This document shows, one piece after another, positions 35,721-45,333 of a stretch of 64,000 nt of DNA (its first letter is position 1; every line of letters begins with the position of its first letter). Source of the stretch: Sandaracinaceae bacterium. GTDB taxonomy: Bacteria; Myxococcota_A; Polyangia; Polyangiales; JAFGIB01. The DNA lies in assembly GCA_017881055.1 (NCBI GenBank), contig JADGRF010000016.1, forward strand, positions 1,873 to 65,872, given 5' to 3'. The position numbers and the translations under genes were made by a program. The notes below the pieces were generated by a model. It did not search any database. It had not been told where the DNA came from and saw nothing but the letters and a program-made list of their open reading frames with translations.

Positions 35721-37499
35721 TCAGAGTGGGATCTCGATTCGGAACGTGGCGCCATGGCCTGGCCTGGAGCGCACGCCGATCTGACCGCAGTGCGCGTCGA
35801 TGATCTTCTTCGCCATCGCGAGGCCAAGACCCGTGCCGCCGGTTTTGCCGTGGGTCGCGAACGATTCGAACAGCCGACCTTCCATTTCTTTCGGAATGCC
35901 GGGGCCCGTATCGGCGCACTCGAACACCAGCTGCTCGCCGACGCGGTCGATCGTCCAGCGGAAGTGGCCGCCTCGCCCCATCGCCTGGCAGGCGTTGCGC
36001 GCCAGGTTGAAGATCACGCGCTTGACCTTGCTCTCATCGAAGCGCGCGACCCCGTCGTACTTGGCTTCGACCTCGAGCGTGACGCCGGCGCGCGCGGTCT
36101 CCGGCACCAGCATCTCGCGCACCTCTTCCACGAACTTGTTCAAATACACCTTGCCGATCAGCACTTCGCGCTGACCGCGCGCAAACGAGAGCACCTCGTG
36201 CGTCATCGCTTCCATGTGCTCGAGCGCGCGGCCGACGCGCGCGGCGTGCTCGCGCCTCACCTCGGTGGAGGGTTCGGCGGTCATCAGCTCGACGTAGCCG
36301 GCAACGGCGGTGAGCGGCGTGCGCATGTCGTGCAGGATCGCGCCGACCGAGTGACCGAGCAACGCGAGCCGCTCGGCGCGCTCGCCGGCCTCACGCTCGT
36401 GCAGCGCGACGATACCGCGCGCCAGCTGCGCCGACACGAGCGCAAGCAGCCGCAGCATCGACGGCTCGTCGATATCGAGCGCGGCCGCGCCCAGCTTGCG
36501 TACGCGATTGCCGACCTGGAGCACGCCGATCAGCACGCGTCCGTCGAACACGGGAGCGCTATAGGTCTCGCGCACGTCGAGCGCCGTATCCTTGGCGATC
36601 AACAGCTCTGCCACGGCACCGCTTTCGTCGGCGTACCGGGCGACCGGTAGTTGCGCGTGCAAGAGCAGCTGCTGCGTCTCACGCGCATCGACGGCACGCA
36701 CATCGAACGAAGGCGTGTCGCGGCGCAGCGAGAACACTTGCGAGCCGTTCGCGTTGCACAGTAAGAGCGCGGCGAGCTCGACTTTCATCAAGGTCTGCAA
36801 GCGCTCGAGCACACCGCTCAGCATGGTGTGCAGGTCATGCGCGCCAGCGATCTCCTGCTCGACGTCGTACAGAACTTGGAGCTCTGCGTTGGCATGAGCC
36901 AGCGATGCGTAGAGAAACGCATTTTCGATCGCGACCGCGCACTGCGTGCCGATGCACGCCAGCAAGTGCTCGTCCTCGGCGTCGAAGCCACGGCCGCGCT
37001 TGTTCAAGCACTGGATCACGGCCACGACGTCGCCATCTTTGTCGGTGATCGGAACGCACAGGAGCGAGCGCGTGCGGTAGCCGCTCTTCTCGTCCCAGGT
37101 CTTGTCGAAGCGCGCGTCGGTGTAGACGTCGTCGAGCTTCATGCCCTGGTTGTGCTCCGCGACCCAGCCGGCGATGCCGTCGCCGATGCGCAGCGTGATG
37201 GTGTGCGGCTCGTTGCCCTGCATGACCTTCGACCAGAGCTCACCCTTTTCCGCGTCGACCACGAACAGCGTCGAGCGATCGGCCTGCATCAAGTCCGTGG
37301 TTCGTTCCATGATCCGCAGCAGCAGCGCATCGATGTGGAGCGTCGAGCTGACCGCGCGCGAGATGTCGATGATCGCGTCGAGCTCGCGACGCACGCGTAC
37401 GAGCGCAGGCTCTGCGCTCACCACACTGACAGGCGCGGGTCGCGAGCCCGCGGGCTGCGTTGCATCACCGGGCGGAGGGTTTACGGAGGTTGCGCTCAT
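35721..37499 (-). CDS. Cytoplasmic sensor histidine kinase (GAF-GAF-HisKA-HATPase)
   Basis: ORF 35721..37544, start probably ATG 37499. Two GAF-like regions. H-box LLGHSVGAILHDMRTPLTAV. N/G boxes NLARNACQAM, DTGPGIP and GTGLGLAMAK. Confidence 0.85.
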   Translation of the reverse strand: MSATSVNPPPGDATQPAGSRPAPVSVVSAEPALVRVRRELDAIIDISRAVSSTLHIDALLLRIMERTTDLMQADRSTLFVVDAEKGELWSKVMQGNEPHTITLRIGDGIAGWVAEHNQGMKLDDVYTDARFDKTWDEKSGYRTRSLLCVPITDKDGDVVAVIQCLNKRGRGFDAEDEHLLACIGTQCAVAIENAFLYASLAHANAELQVLYDVEQEIAGAHDLHTMLSGVLERLQTLMKVELAALLLCNANGSQVFSLRRDTPSFDVRAVDARETQQLLLHAQLPVARYADESGAVAELLIAKDTALDVRETYSAPVFDGRVLIGVLQVGNRVRKLGAAALDIDEPSMLRLLALVSAQLARGIVALHEREAGERAERLALLGHSVGAILHDMRTPLTAVAGYVELMTAEPSTEVRREHAARVGRALEHMEAMTHEVLSFARGQREVLIGKVYLNKFVEEVREMLVPETARAGVTLEVEAKYDGVARFDESKVKRVIFNLARNACQAMGRGGHFRWTIDRVGEQLVFECADTGPGIPKEMEGRLFESFATHGKTGGTGLGLAMAKKIIDAHCGQIGVRSRPGHGATFRIEIPL

Positions 37500-37623
37500 G
37501 CGGCTCCGCGCAAGGACCGGCGGAACGCAAATGATGGCCGCCAAACGGGGACCATTTCAACCGAGACCATCGGTTCACGTGATCGGCGGTGGGTGCTATC
37601 CTGCTAGCGATAGGGAGGCGCGG

Positions 37624-38088
37624 ATGATCCAGCGTGCGTATCACGGGGTGACTTTCGGACTCGTCGCGCTGGCGCTGGCTGCCGCCGCGGTCAGTAGTAC
37701 CGCGATGGGCTGTGGCAGCGACCCCGTCAAGTCCATGGACGCGGGGCCAGCGGGCGAACCCTGTCTTTCGCCAGGCCTCACCTCGAACGACTGCGTGTGT
37801 TCGAACCACGTGATGGGAAGTCGTACCTGCGCAGACGCGGGCGTCTGGGGCGCGTGCTCATGCGCCAACCCGCTGCCCGACGGACAGGTCTGCTTCGAAG
37901 GACAGAGGCTGATCTGCCGCGCCTGCCCTGGCGAGAAAGAAGGGCGCATCACGCGCTGCCTTGCGGGTGGCGTGTTCGACTGTGGCTGCGACAGGGACGC
38001 GGGCTCGATCAAAGATGGCGGCGCCGCGGGCTCGGGTGCGGCCAAAGATGCTGGGCACGATGCAGCCGGCAGCGGCGACGCCGGCTGA
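37624..38088 (+). CDS. Small Cys-rich lipoprotein with D/A/G-rich tail
   Basis: ORF 37141..38088 trimmed to ATG 37624. Lipobox LAAAAVSSTAMGCGS. Contains 12 Cys after the lipobox cysteine. Confidence 0.6.
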   Translation: MIQRAYHGVTFGLVALALAAAAVSSTAMGCGSDPVKSMDAGPAGEPCLSPGLTSNDCVCSNHVMGSRTCADAGVWGACSCANPLPDGQVCFEGQRLICRACPGEKEGRITRCLAGGVFDCGCDRDAGSIKDGGAAGSGAAKDAGHDAAGSGDAG

Positions 38089-38107
38089 GCGAAGTGACTA
38101 CCAGTCC

Positions 38108-39007
38108 ATGCAGATCGGGATCGATCTAGGAGGCACGAAGATCGAGCTGGTCGCTCTCGAAGGGGGCGCGGTGCGCTACCGCAAGCGCATAGCCACACCC
38201 ACGCACGACTACGCCGCGATCGTAGAGGCCTTGGCCGCGCTCGTCGAAGATGCGGAGCGCGAGCTCGGCGTGCGCGCGAGCGTGGGTATCGGCACACCGG
38301 GTGCGCTGTCGGTTGCCACCGGTTGTCTCAAGAACTCGAACACGTTGTGCTTGAACGGCAAGCCGCTGCACGTGGACCTGGCTGCGCGACTGGCCCGCCC
38401 AATCAAGCTCGAGAACGACGCGAACTGCTTCACGTTGTCCGAAGCAACCGATGGCGCAGCGCAAGGCGCGGCGGTGGTGTTCGGCGTCATCCTCGGAACG
38501 GGCGTGGGTGGTGGCGTCGTCGTGCACGGACGCGTTCTCACTGGGCGTAACGCGATCGCGGGCGAGTGGGGACACAATGCGCTCCCGCGGCCAACCGACG
38601 ACGAGCGCCCGGGCCCTGCCTGCTACTGCGGCAGAGCCGGCTGCATCGAGACGTTCCTGTGCGGACCAGCGCTGAGTCGCATGTTCGCGCAGGCAACCGG
38701 CGTGATGGCAGCTCCAACCGAGATCGCAGCGCGTGCGACGCTCGGCGAGCGCGAAGCCGTGCGTGCGCTCGAGCGCTATCACGATCGCTTGGCGCGTGGC
38801 TTGGCCAGCGTGATCAACGTCCTCGATCCCGACGTGATCGTGCTCGGTGGAGGCGTCTCCAATCTCGACTCACTTTACGTGGCAGTACCCGATCTTCTGC
38901 CGCGCTACGTATTCTCCGATCGCGTCGACACAGCGCTCGTGCGCGCCAAGCACGGCGATTCGAGCGGTGTGCGGGGCGCCGCCTGGCTCTGGCCGGTGCC
39001 ACGCTGA
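38108..39007 (+). CDS. mak: ROK-family sugar kinase, Mak(YajF)-type fructokinase/mannokinase-like
   Basis: ORF 37961..39007 trimmed to ATG 38108. MQIGIDLGGTKIE, NDANCFTLSEA, ILGTGVGGG, GEWGHN, CYCGRAGCIETF and KHGDSSGVRGAAWLWP. Close to my recollection of E. coli Mak. Confidence 0.85.
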   Translation: MQIGIDLGGTKIELVALEGGAVRYRKRIATPTHDYAAIVEALAALVEDAERELGVRASVGIGTPGALSVATGCLKNSNTLCLNGKPLHVDLAARLARPIKLENDANCFTLSEATDGAAQGAAVVFGVILGTGVGGGVVVHGRVLTGRNAIAGEWGHNALPRPTDDERPGPACYCGRAGCIETFLCGPALSRMFAQATGVMAAPTEIAARATLGEREAVRALERYHDRLARGLASVINVLDPDVIVLGGGVSNLDSLYVAVPDLLPRYVFSDRVDTALVRAKHGDSSGVRGAAWLWPVPR

Positions 39008-39046
39008 TTCGGTCAGCGGACGGCCGCGGCGATGCGCTGAACGACT

Positions 39047-39682
39047 CTACGTGCTGCTCGCAGCCGGCGGCGTTACCAAGAACGGACCTTCGACGTGAAC
39101 GTAGGGCGGCGCGCTGAACTTCCAGGCTTCGTGCACACCGAAGCCTAGCAAGATCAGCGTCACGAGGTTCTTGCGCCACCACAACATCACGAGCGGCAGG
39201 TACAACGAGCGTAACGCTGCGTCGAATGCGCCGGTCACTTCGGAGAGCTCGGCAAGCGCGTGCGCGTAGGTCGCCGCGACCGCAACGTACGTCAACACAA
39301 CCGCCAGCCAGCGGTAGCCCAGACGATTGCTCACCCGGGCGCCGCGTCGAACCGCGCCGCCGATCAGTACGCCCGCGATCACGGCGACGAATACGAACTT
39401 GATGTGCCACGCGAAGAAGATGCCGTAGTAGAGCGCGATGCTCAGCAGAGCCGCGCCGAGACCGTAGGCGAGCGCCTCGCGAAACGAGCCCTCTTGCGCG
39501 GTGAGGCAGCTCGGACAGATCGCTTCGCCGTTGCGCACGAAGAACTGATCCATGATCGGTTGCCTGCAGCCGCTGCAGGGCGCACCGGCCTGCAAGGGCG
39601 CGTGACCCGGCAGCGGAAGCGGAGCCACGTCCGCCGCAGGCGGAACCGACGAAGTGGAGCCTTCCATCGTACCGTCCATCAT
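39047..39682 (-). CDS. Membrane protein with N-terminal zinc-ribbon (CxxC...CxxC) and about 4 TM helices
   Basis: ORF 39047..40174 trimmed to ATG 39682. CSGCRQPIMDQFFVRNGEAICPSCL, then hydrophobic helices. Confidence 0.6.
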   Translation of the reverse strand: MMDGTMEGSTSSVPPAADVAPLPLPGHAPLQAGAPCSGCRQPIMDQFFVRNGEAICPSCLTAQEGSFREALAYGLGAALLSIALYYGIFFAWHIKFVFVAVIAGVLIGGAVRRGARVSNRLGYRWLAVVLTYVAVAATYAHALAELSEVTGAFDAALRSLYLPLVMLWWRKNLVTLILLGFGVHEAWKFSAPPYVHVEGPFLVTPPAASST

Positions 39683-39758
39683 GCCGTAGATGGACGCACA
39701 TGGCCGACAACTCGGCAATGTGTGTGGTGCCACCACATGCCATCGGCAATTGTCCTGG

Positions 39759-42700
39759 CTAACTGACGGTGGGTGCCAACATGCGCACGACCCGATCAGG
39801 GGACTCGATGCCCTGGCTCGCAATGCTCGAAAAAGCGGCTGCAACGCCGACTTTACCCTCGTCGCCGCCGAGCAGCTGTCCGAGTCGGTAGCGCGCAATC
39901 GACGCGTGCATCGCCATATCGTGGGCATCGAACCCGGCGATCGCGTCGTTGAAATGGACGCGCGCCGCGTCAGGGGCGCTGGCTTGCATGGCACACAGAC
40001 CAAACACGAGGTCGGCAAGGGGCTGTGCCCACGGTCGACGCGTCCGCGCGATTCGTTGCGCATCGCGGCGGGCCTCGCGCAGGAGCTCTGGCCGCCGTTC
40101 GGGAGCCGCGACACCCGCGGCAAGCGCTGAACAGGCACGCAACGTGAAGGCCTCGATCCGCACCACTTGAACATTCAACACCAGCGAGCGTTCGAGGGCG
40201 GGCCACGCCGCGCACACGCGAGCATGCGCGCTCTCACCCTCGCCTGCGTGAAGATCGATCAGGTTCTCGGCCAGCAGCTGGTTCCAGTGCTGCAGGTGGA
40301 AGCCTTCGTGCGACCAGCGGCGCTTCTCTTCATCGAGCACGCCGCGCGCCGCGGTCACATCGTTGGTCGCGAGGTAGCGCAACACATGGATGCCCGTGCG
40401 CAGATCAGATGCCGCGTATTGGTCGCCGCGCTCGATGGCCTCGCGCAGGTGCGCGAGCGAGCGTTGGCAGAGCGTGCGCCAGTCACCAACGTAGTAGCGC
40501 GCGACCGCCTCGAAGACCTGACTCGTGGCGATCTCCCAGGTGGCGCCGCGGCATTGCTCACGGAAGACGCGCTCGGCCTCCTCGCACAGCGGCATGCTCT
40601 TTTGCCAGTGGCCCAGGTGCCACGCGGCCATGGCGCGCGCCAGGTGGGTGAGCCCGCGTGCGTGGGGATGCGCGTGCTGATCGAGGATTCGATCGGCCAA
40701 GTCGAGCACATCGCGCACGCGCGTTTCGGTCTTGCCGCCGTCAGCTGCAAGGTAGCCCGCTTCGAGCGCGAGCGCGCGCGCCAAGCGATACGGCTCACCC
40801 GCCTCGAGCGCCAAGAGGCAGTGCCGTGTCTGGAAGTCACCGCCGCGCACGAAGTCGACGAGGCCCAGGCCGACCGACGCGGACCAGCAGGTGTCGATGC
40901 GTGCCAAGAGCTCGCGCGGCACGTTCTTTTCTTCGCGTTCCACGTAGTCGAGCCCGCGCAGGCCGAGCCGGACGCGCCGCAGCAGCAGCGATACGAGCGC
41001 CCTGCGCGGCGACTTTGGGAGCGCCAGATCGAACGCTGAAAGCACGCGACGCAACAGAGGCAAACCCTGGTCCACGTGGCCGGAGCGCAGGAAGTGCTCG
41101 GCCGCTTTACGCTCGTGCTCGAACGCGAGCTGGCCGGTCGCCAACTTGCTCGCTTCGAGATAGGCCGCGGCCGCGTCGGCGCCGCGCCCGGCGTACACGA
41201 GCACGTCGCCCAAGCTCGCAAACAGCGTGGCGCGCTCGGCGCGCTCGATCGCGCCGAGCTCGAGCACGCGGCGATACAGGAGCGCAGCACGATCGAACGC
41301 CAGCGCGTCAGTTGCTTCGCGGGCGGCGTTCAAGGCATGGTGCGCAGCTCGCGGCATGTCGCCCGCCAGGAAGTAGTGCTCGGCAAGCGCGTCCGATTGG
41401 AAACGGCCAGCTTGCTCGATCAGCTCGCCGAGCCGCAGGTGGTGTCTGCGCAACACGTCGGGCTCGATCTGGCCGAGCACCGCTTGCCGCACGCGATCGT
41501 GGTAGCACTCGAGCGGATCGCGGTCGCGACTGCCATGCGTGCGCACGAAGTGGGCTGAACGCAGCGCATCGAGATCCGACATGCCGCGGATCCCCGAGTC
41601 GGCCACCGCGAGCGCGAGGCCCTGTTCGATCGGTCGACCGGCCGTAGCCACGACCTCGAGCAAGCGCCGGGCGGAAGCCGGCAAGAGCAGGATGCGATCG
41701 CGCAGCACGTGCTCGAGCGAGAGCGGTGTGTTCGGCGGAAGCCGCGACGAGCGCGCCTCACGCTGAAACGCCAACACGAGCTCGCCGATGAAGTACGGGC
41801 TGCCTTCGGCTTCGGCGGCGATGCGGTCGGAGGTGAGCTCCGATTCCGACGTGGACTCCATGCCGAGCGCGGCCAGCTCGCGCCGCACCAACACGACGGC
41901 CTCGCTCTCGGGCAAGGGGCCGAGCTCGATCGTGCAGAGCGGGATGCTCTGGTCGAGCTTGGCGATCTCGTGCACGAGCGGGCCGTCGGCGCCGTCTTCG
42001 CGGTGGCAGCACAGTAAAAGAAGTGCGGGGGCATCCGGCGGCTGCAAGATGTGCTGCAGCAGCTGTGCGCTGTCTTCGTCGCCCCAGTGCACGTCGTCGA
42101 TGCTGATCACGATCGGACGCAAGTCGGACAGGCGCGCGAGCAGCTCCTTGAGCGCGGCAAAACCGCGGCGGCGTTGCTCTTGAGGGTCGAGGATCTCGGT
42201 CACGCGAAAGCGCGTTTTCTCGATCACTTCGACCTGACGCAGCACCGGGAACAGGCGCGCCAGCGCGCGCACGTCGCGCGGGAGAAGACGCGACACGTCG
42301 GCGTCGGAGAGCCGCACCAAGTAGTGACACAGCGAGTCGATCACGCTGTCGATGCCCTTGAACGGCAGCGACTCGCGCTCGTAGCAGCGGCCAGCGAAGA
42401 CCACGGCGCGATCTTCCTTGCGCAGCGACTCGACGAAGCTGCGAACGAGCGCGGACTTGCCGATGCCGGAGCGCCCCGTGACCACGACGGCCGATGGGCA
42501 CGCCGTGCGCGTCTGCGCGAACGCGTGCCGCAGCTGGGCCAGCTCGCGTTCGCGACCGACGAAGCTGGCTCGCGCCTGCGAGCGCGGCGCCAGGTCGGCT
42601 GCTGATGGCTGCAGACCCTCGCGCGTCAAGCACGTGAGCACGTCCGAGCCGGTGGGACGAGCTGCGGGCTCGCGGGCGAGCAGGGCCACGCACAGCGCCT

Positions 42701-43553
42701 CGAGATCTGCCGGGATGCCGCCAGCCAGCGACGAAGGCGAAGGCGCATCCGTGCTCTGCTTGCGAAGCAGAATGTCGAGCACCGAGCCGTCGAACGGCAG
42801 TCGGCCCGTAAGCGCCTCGAACAACATCGCGCCAAAGCTGTACCAATCCGAGGCCTCTGCCGTGGCGACGCCCGCCGCCTGTTCGGGAGACATGTACGCG
42901 GGGGTGCCGAACAGTTTGTCGTCGAGCGTGACGTCCACGCGATCGGTGCTGTCGTCGATCATGCCGAAGTCGAGCAGCACGACGCGCCCTTCGTCGGTGA
43001 CCATGACGTTGCTGGGCTTGATGTCCTTGTGCAGCTTGCCGGCCGCATGCAACGCGGAAATGCCTAGTGCCAGCTGACGCAATGCGTCACGCAAGCGCGG
43101 CTCGTTGGCGATCGGACTCCTCAGTTTGGTCGAGGTTCCAACCGGAACGACCATGCTGGTCATGGGCGCGAGGCCCAGCGGCTCGGTCGGGCTCGCCTCA
43201 CGTTGCCCGAGCACATGCAGGTCGCAGACATGCGCGAGAAAATCGACCCCTTCCACGTACTCCATCGTGAAGAACCACACGTCGCGATCCAGGATCAGCT
43301 CATGCAGCACGACCAGGTTCGGGTGACTCACGCCGGCGAGCGCGCGAAACTCTTTCTTGAAGCGATAGAGACTGCTTGGATCGACGCGGGACAGGGTCTT
43401 GAGCGCGACGCGGCGGTTCTGCTCGCGGTCGTGCACGAGATACACCACGCCCACGCCGCCCTCGCCCAGCGTCTGCTCCACGACGAAGCGCTCGTTGCCG
43501 CGCCACGACTCGTGCGAGCCGAAACGACCGGAGACCTGTTCGAGCGGGGACAT
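39759..43553 (-). CDS. Ser/Thr protein kinase fused to a STAND/AAA ATPase and TPR-like C-terminal region
   Basis: ORF 39759..43649 trimmed to ATG 43553. Kinase motifs LGEGGVGVVYLV...VALK, HKDIKPSNVMV, DFG and GTPAYMSPEQ. P-loop VVVTGRSGIGKSALV, Walker B IVISIDDVHWGD. Long helical repeat tail. Confidence 0.85.
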   Translation of the reverse strand: MSPLEQVSGRFGSHESWRGNERFVVEQTLGEGGVGVVYLVHDREQNRRVALKTLSRVDPSSLYRFKKEFRALAGVSHPNLVVLHELILDRDVWFFTMEYVEGVDFLAHVCDLHVLGQREASPTEPLGLAPMTSMVVPVGTSTKLRSPIANEPRLRDALRQLALGISALHAAGKLHKDIKPSNVMVTDEGRVVLLDFGMIDDSTDRVDVTLDDKLFGTPAYMSPEQAAGVATAEASDWYSFGAMLFEALTGRLPFDGSVLDILLRKQSTDAPSPSSLAGGIPADLEALCVALLAREPAARPTGSDVLTCLTREGLQPSAADLAPRSQARASFVGRERELAQLRHAFAQTRTACPSAVVVTGRSGIGKSALVRSFVESLRKEDRAVVFAGRCYERESLPFKGIDSVIDSLCHYLVRLSDADVSRLLPRDVRALARLFPVLRQVEVIEKTRFRVTEILDPQEQRRRGFAALKELLARLSDLRPIVISIDDVHWGDEDSAQLLQHILQPPDAPALLLLCCHREDGADGPLVHEIAKLDQSIPLCTIELGPLPESEAVVLVRRELAALGMESTSESELTSDRIAAEAEGSPYFIGELVLAFQREARSSRLPPNTPLSLEHVLRDRILLLPASARRLLEVVATAGRPIEQGLALAVADSGIRGMSDLDALRSAHFVRTHGSRDRDPLECYHDRVRQAVLGQIEPDVLRRHHLRLGELIEQAGRFQSDALAEHYFLAGDMPRAAHHALNAAREATDALAFDRAALLYRRVLELGAIERAERATLFASLGDVLVYAGRGADAAAAYLEASKLATGQLAFEHERKAAEHFLRSGHVDQGLPLLRRVLSAFDLALPKSPRRALVSLLLRRVRLGLRGLDYVEREEKNVPRELLARIDTCWSASVGLGLVDFVRGGDFQTRHCLLALEAGEPYRLARALALEAGYLAADGGKTETRVRDVLDLADRILDQHAHPHARGLTHLARAMAAWHLGHWQKSMPLCEEAERVFREQCRGATWEIATSQVFEAVARYYVGDWRTLCQRSLAHLREAIERGDQYAASDLRTGIHVLRYLATNDVTAARGVLDEEKRRWSHEGFHLQHWNQLLAENLIDLHAGEGESAHARVCAAWPALERSLVLNVQVVRIEAFTLRACSALAAGVAAPERRPELLREARRDAQRIARTRRPWAQPLADLVFGLCAMQASAPDAARVHFNDAIAGFDAHDMAMHASIARYRLGQLLGGDEGKVGVAAAFSSIASQGIESPDRVVRMLAPTVS

Positions 43554-43581
43554 GCTTGCAACGAACCAACGAACCGGCGAG

Positions 43582-45255
43582 CTAGCTGCGCGGCTCGGCG
43601 AGAGACAGCCATTCGCCAGTCGGCAACGCGATCTGGAACGACACCTCACCGAGGTCGTCGTACCGCGCGCGGGCGCGGGTCTGGCGCGCGCCCTGCACTT
43701 CGAGCAGCCAGACTTCCCCCGGCTTCATGGCGCGACCGCCGTGCGGCGCGACCACGTGGTGCTCGGCGTCGTCGCGCGCGGCGAGCAGCGTGCGGCCGTG
43801 TGCGTCGCGCGCGTCGACCTCGGTGATGCGCACGTCGACGATCACAGGTAGCGGATCGAGCAGCGGGGGCAAGCGCGAAGCATCGATGGCGTCGACTCGC
43901 GCGAGCTGCTGCTCGACCCAGCGCACGAGCTCGTGCTGACGATCCACGTTCGACATGTCGAACGCGCGACCCAGGAACGCATCGCCCGCCGGGAGAAGAT
44001 CGAGCGCGGCGGCACGACGCGCGAGCGCATAGAGCGGCGCAGGCCACGCGTGGTAGAGAGGCTGATGGGTGAGTTGGTCGCCGCGCGGCTCACTGTGCAC
44101 GGCTAGCGCAGCAGCAATCTGAGCTGGGTTCTGCCAACCCGCGCGCTCGACGAGGGGCAAGAGCTCGCGCAGGCGCCCAACGGCACGCGCGCGTGCGTCG
44201 CCACGCAGGAAGGCTCCAAGATCGAACCACGCGCGCTGACGTGAGGAAACCGTTCCGCGCTCCTCCGCACGCACCCACTCGTCATCCAGCAGAGCAGCCG
44301 CGCGCTTGGCCTCCGGCTGCGCATCCAGCGCCGAGAAGATGAACCACGACCACGTCAGCTGCCCGAGGCCGAGCACGCCTTGAGCCGACATGCCGGGATT
44401 TTGCCGTGCGGCCAGCACATCCCAGTGCGCGCCGAGCGTGCTGACCAGCGCGAACCGATAGAGCACGTTGGCGAGCGCGGCGCCGTCGTCGTTCGCGAGC
44501 GCGCGCGAGAGCGGCTCGGCGGCCAAGAGCGCGCTCAGCTCGAAGAAGTCGTCGCCGGGCGGACGGCGCTGGCCGTCGGGCCACGCGACGCGCGGATCGT
44601 AGCGGCGCACGCGCGCCCACGCGGAATCGAACAACGTGCTGGAGCCGGCATCCGGCACGCGACCGCGAAAGCGCTGCGCGAGGTCAGGGATGAGCACGCG
44701 ATCGAGCGGGATCTCGTTGCAGGTGACGGTCGTCAGCTCGTGCTCCGGCTGCGCGAGCACGGAGGCGAGCGCGCTGATGTCGGTCGCTTCGCACAGGCGC
44801 GCGTAGCTCTCGCGATCGAGGATCACGAGGGGCAGCGCGTCGCCGGCGTCGTAGTCGAGCGCCAACAGGATCTGGTGCGTCTCTGGAACCAGCTGCGCTA
44901 CCGCTCGCACCAACCCGTCGAGGTCGGAGTCAGCTGAAAACACGACTTGGTACGCACATTCCGGCAACTCGCCGAACAAGAGCGCGGAGCCCGCCGAAGT
45001 CTGACCGAGCGCGAGCGCGACCCCGGCTTGGCGCAGGCCATCGACGAGCTCGAACAGCGCGCTGTCGAGGTCGTCGCTGCGAGCCAGCATCACGCCGGCC
45101 TCGGACTCGGCAGCCAGCGCCGCGATCTCCGAGACCTGCTCGCGATAGCCGTCCGCAACAGCCAGCTGATCGTCGATCGTATCCGCGCCGACCCCGAGCG
45201 CGCCGAGCACATCGTTCAGTTCCGCGCGATTGATCTCGGTCCGCCCTTCATCCAC
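43582..45255 (-). CDS. Hypothetical protein (557 aa), no recognisable motifs
   Basis: Long ORF with a GTG start and high third-position GC. Its stop lies 28 nt upstream of the kinase-STAND gene. No signal peptide or TM helix seen. Confidence 0.6.
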   Translation of the reverse strand: MDEGRTEINRAELNDVLGALGVGADTIDDQLAVADGYREQVSEIAALAAESEAGVMLARSDDLDSALFELVDGLRQAGVALALGQTSAGSALLFGELPECAYQVVFSADSDLDGLVRAVAQLVPETHQILLALDYDAGDALPLVILDRESYARLCEATDISALASVLAQPEHELTTVTCNEIPLDRVLIPDLAQRFRGRVPDAGSSTLFDSAWARVRRYDPRVAWPDGQRRPPGDDFFELSALLAAEPLSRALANDDGAALANVLYRFALVSTLGAHWDVLAARQNPGMSAQGVLGLGQLTWSWFIFSALDAQPEAKRAAALLDDEWVRAEERGTVSSRQRAWFDLGAFLRGDARARAVGRLRELLPLVERAGWQNPAQIAAALAVHSEPRGDQLTHQPLYHAWPAPLYALARRAAALDLLPAGDAFLGRAFDMSNVDRQHELVRWVEQQLARVDAIDASRLPPLLDPLPVIVDVRITEVDARDAHGRTLLAARDDAEHHVVAPHGGRAMKPGEVWLLEVQGARQTRARARYDDLGEVSFQIALPTGEWLSLAEPRS

Positions 45256-45333
45256 GGGCGATAGGATAGCGGCGCAGCGCTCGGCTCGTCTAGCGCTCGG
45301 GCGCTCGTAGACCGCCAGCTGGTGCGCCTGCCG

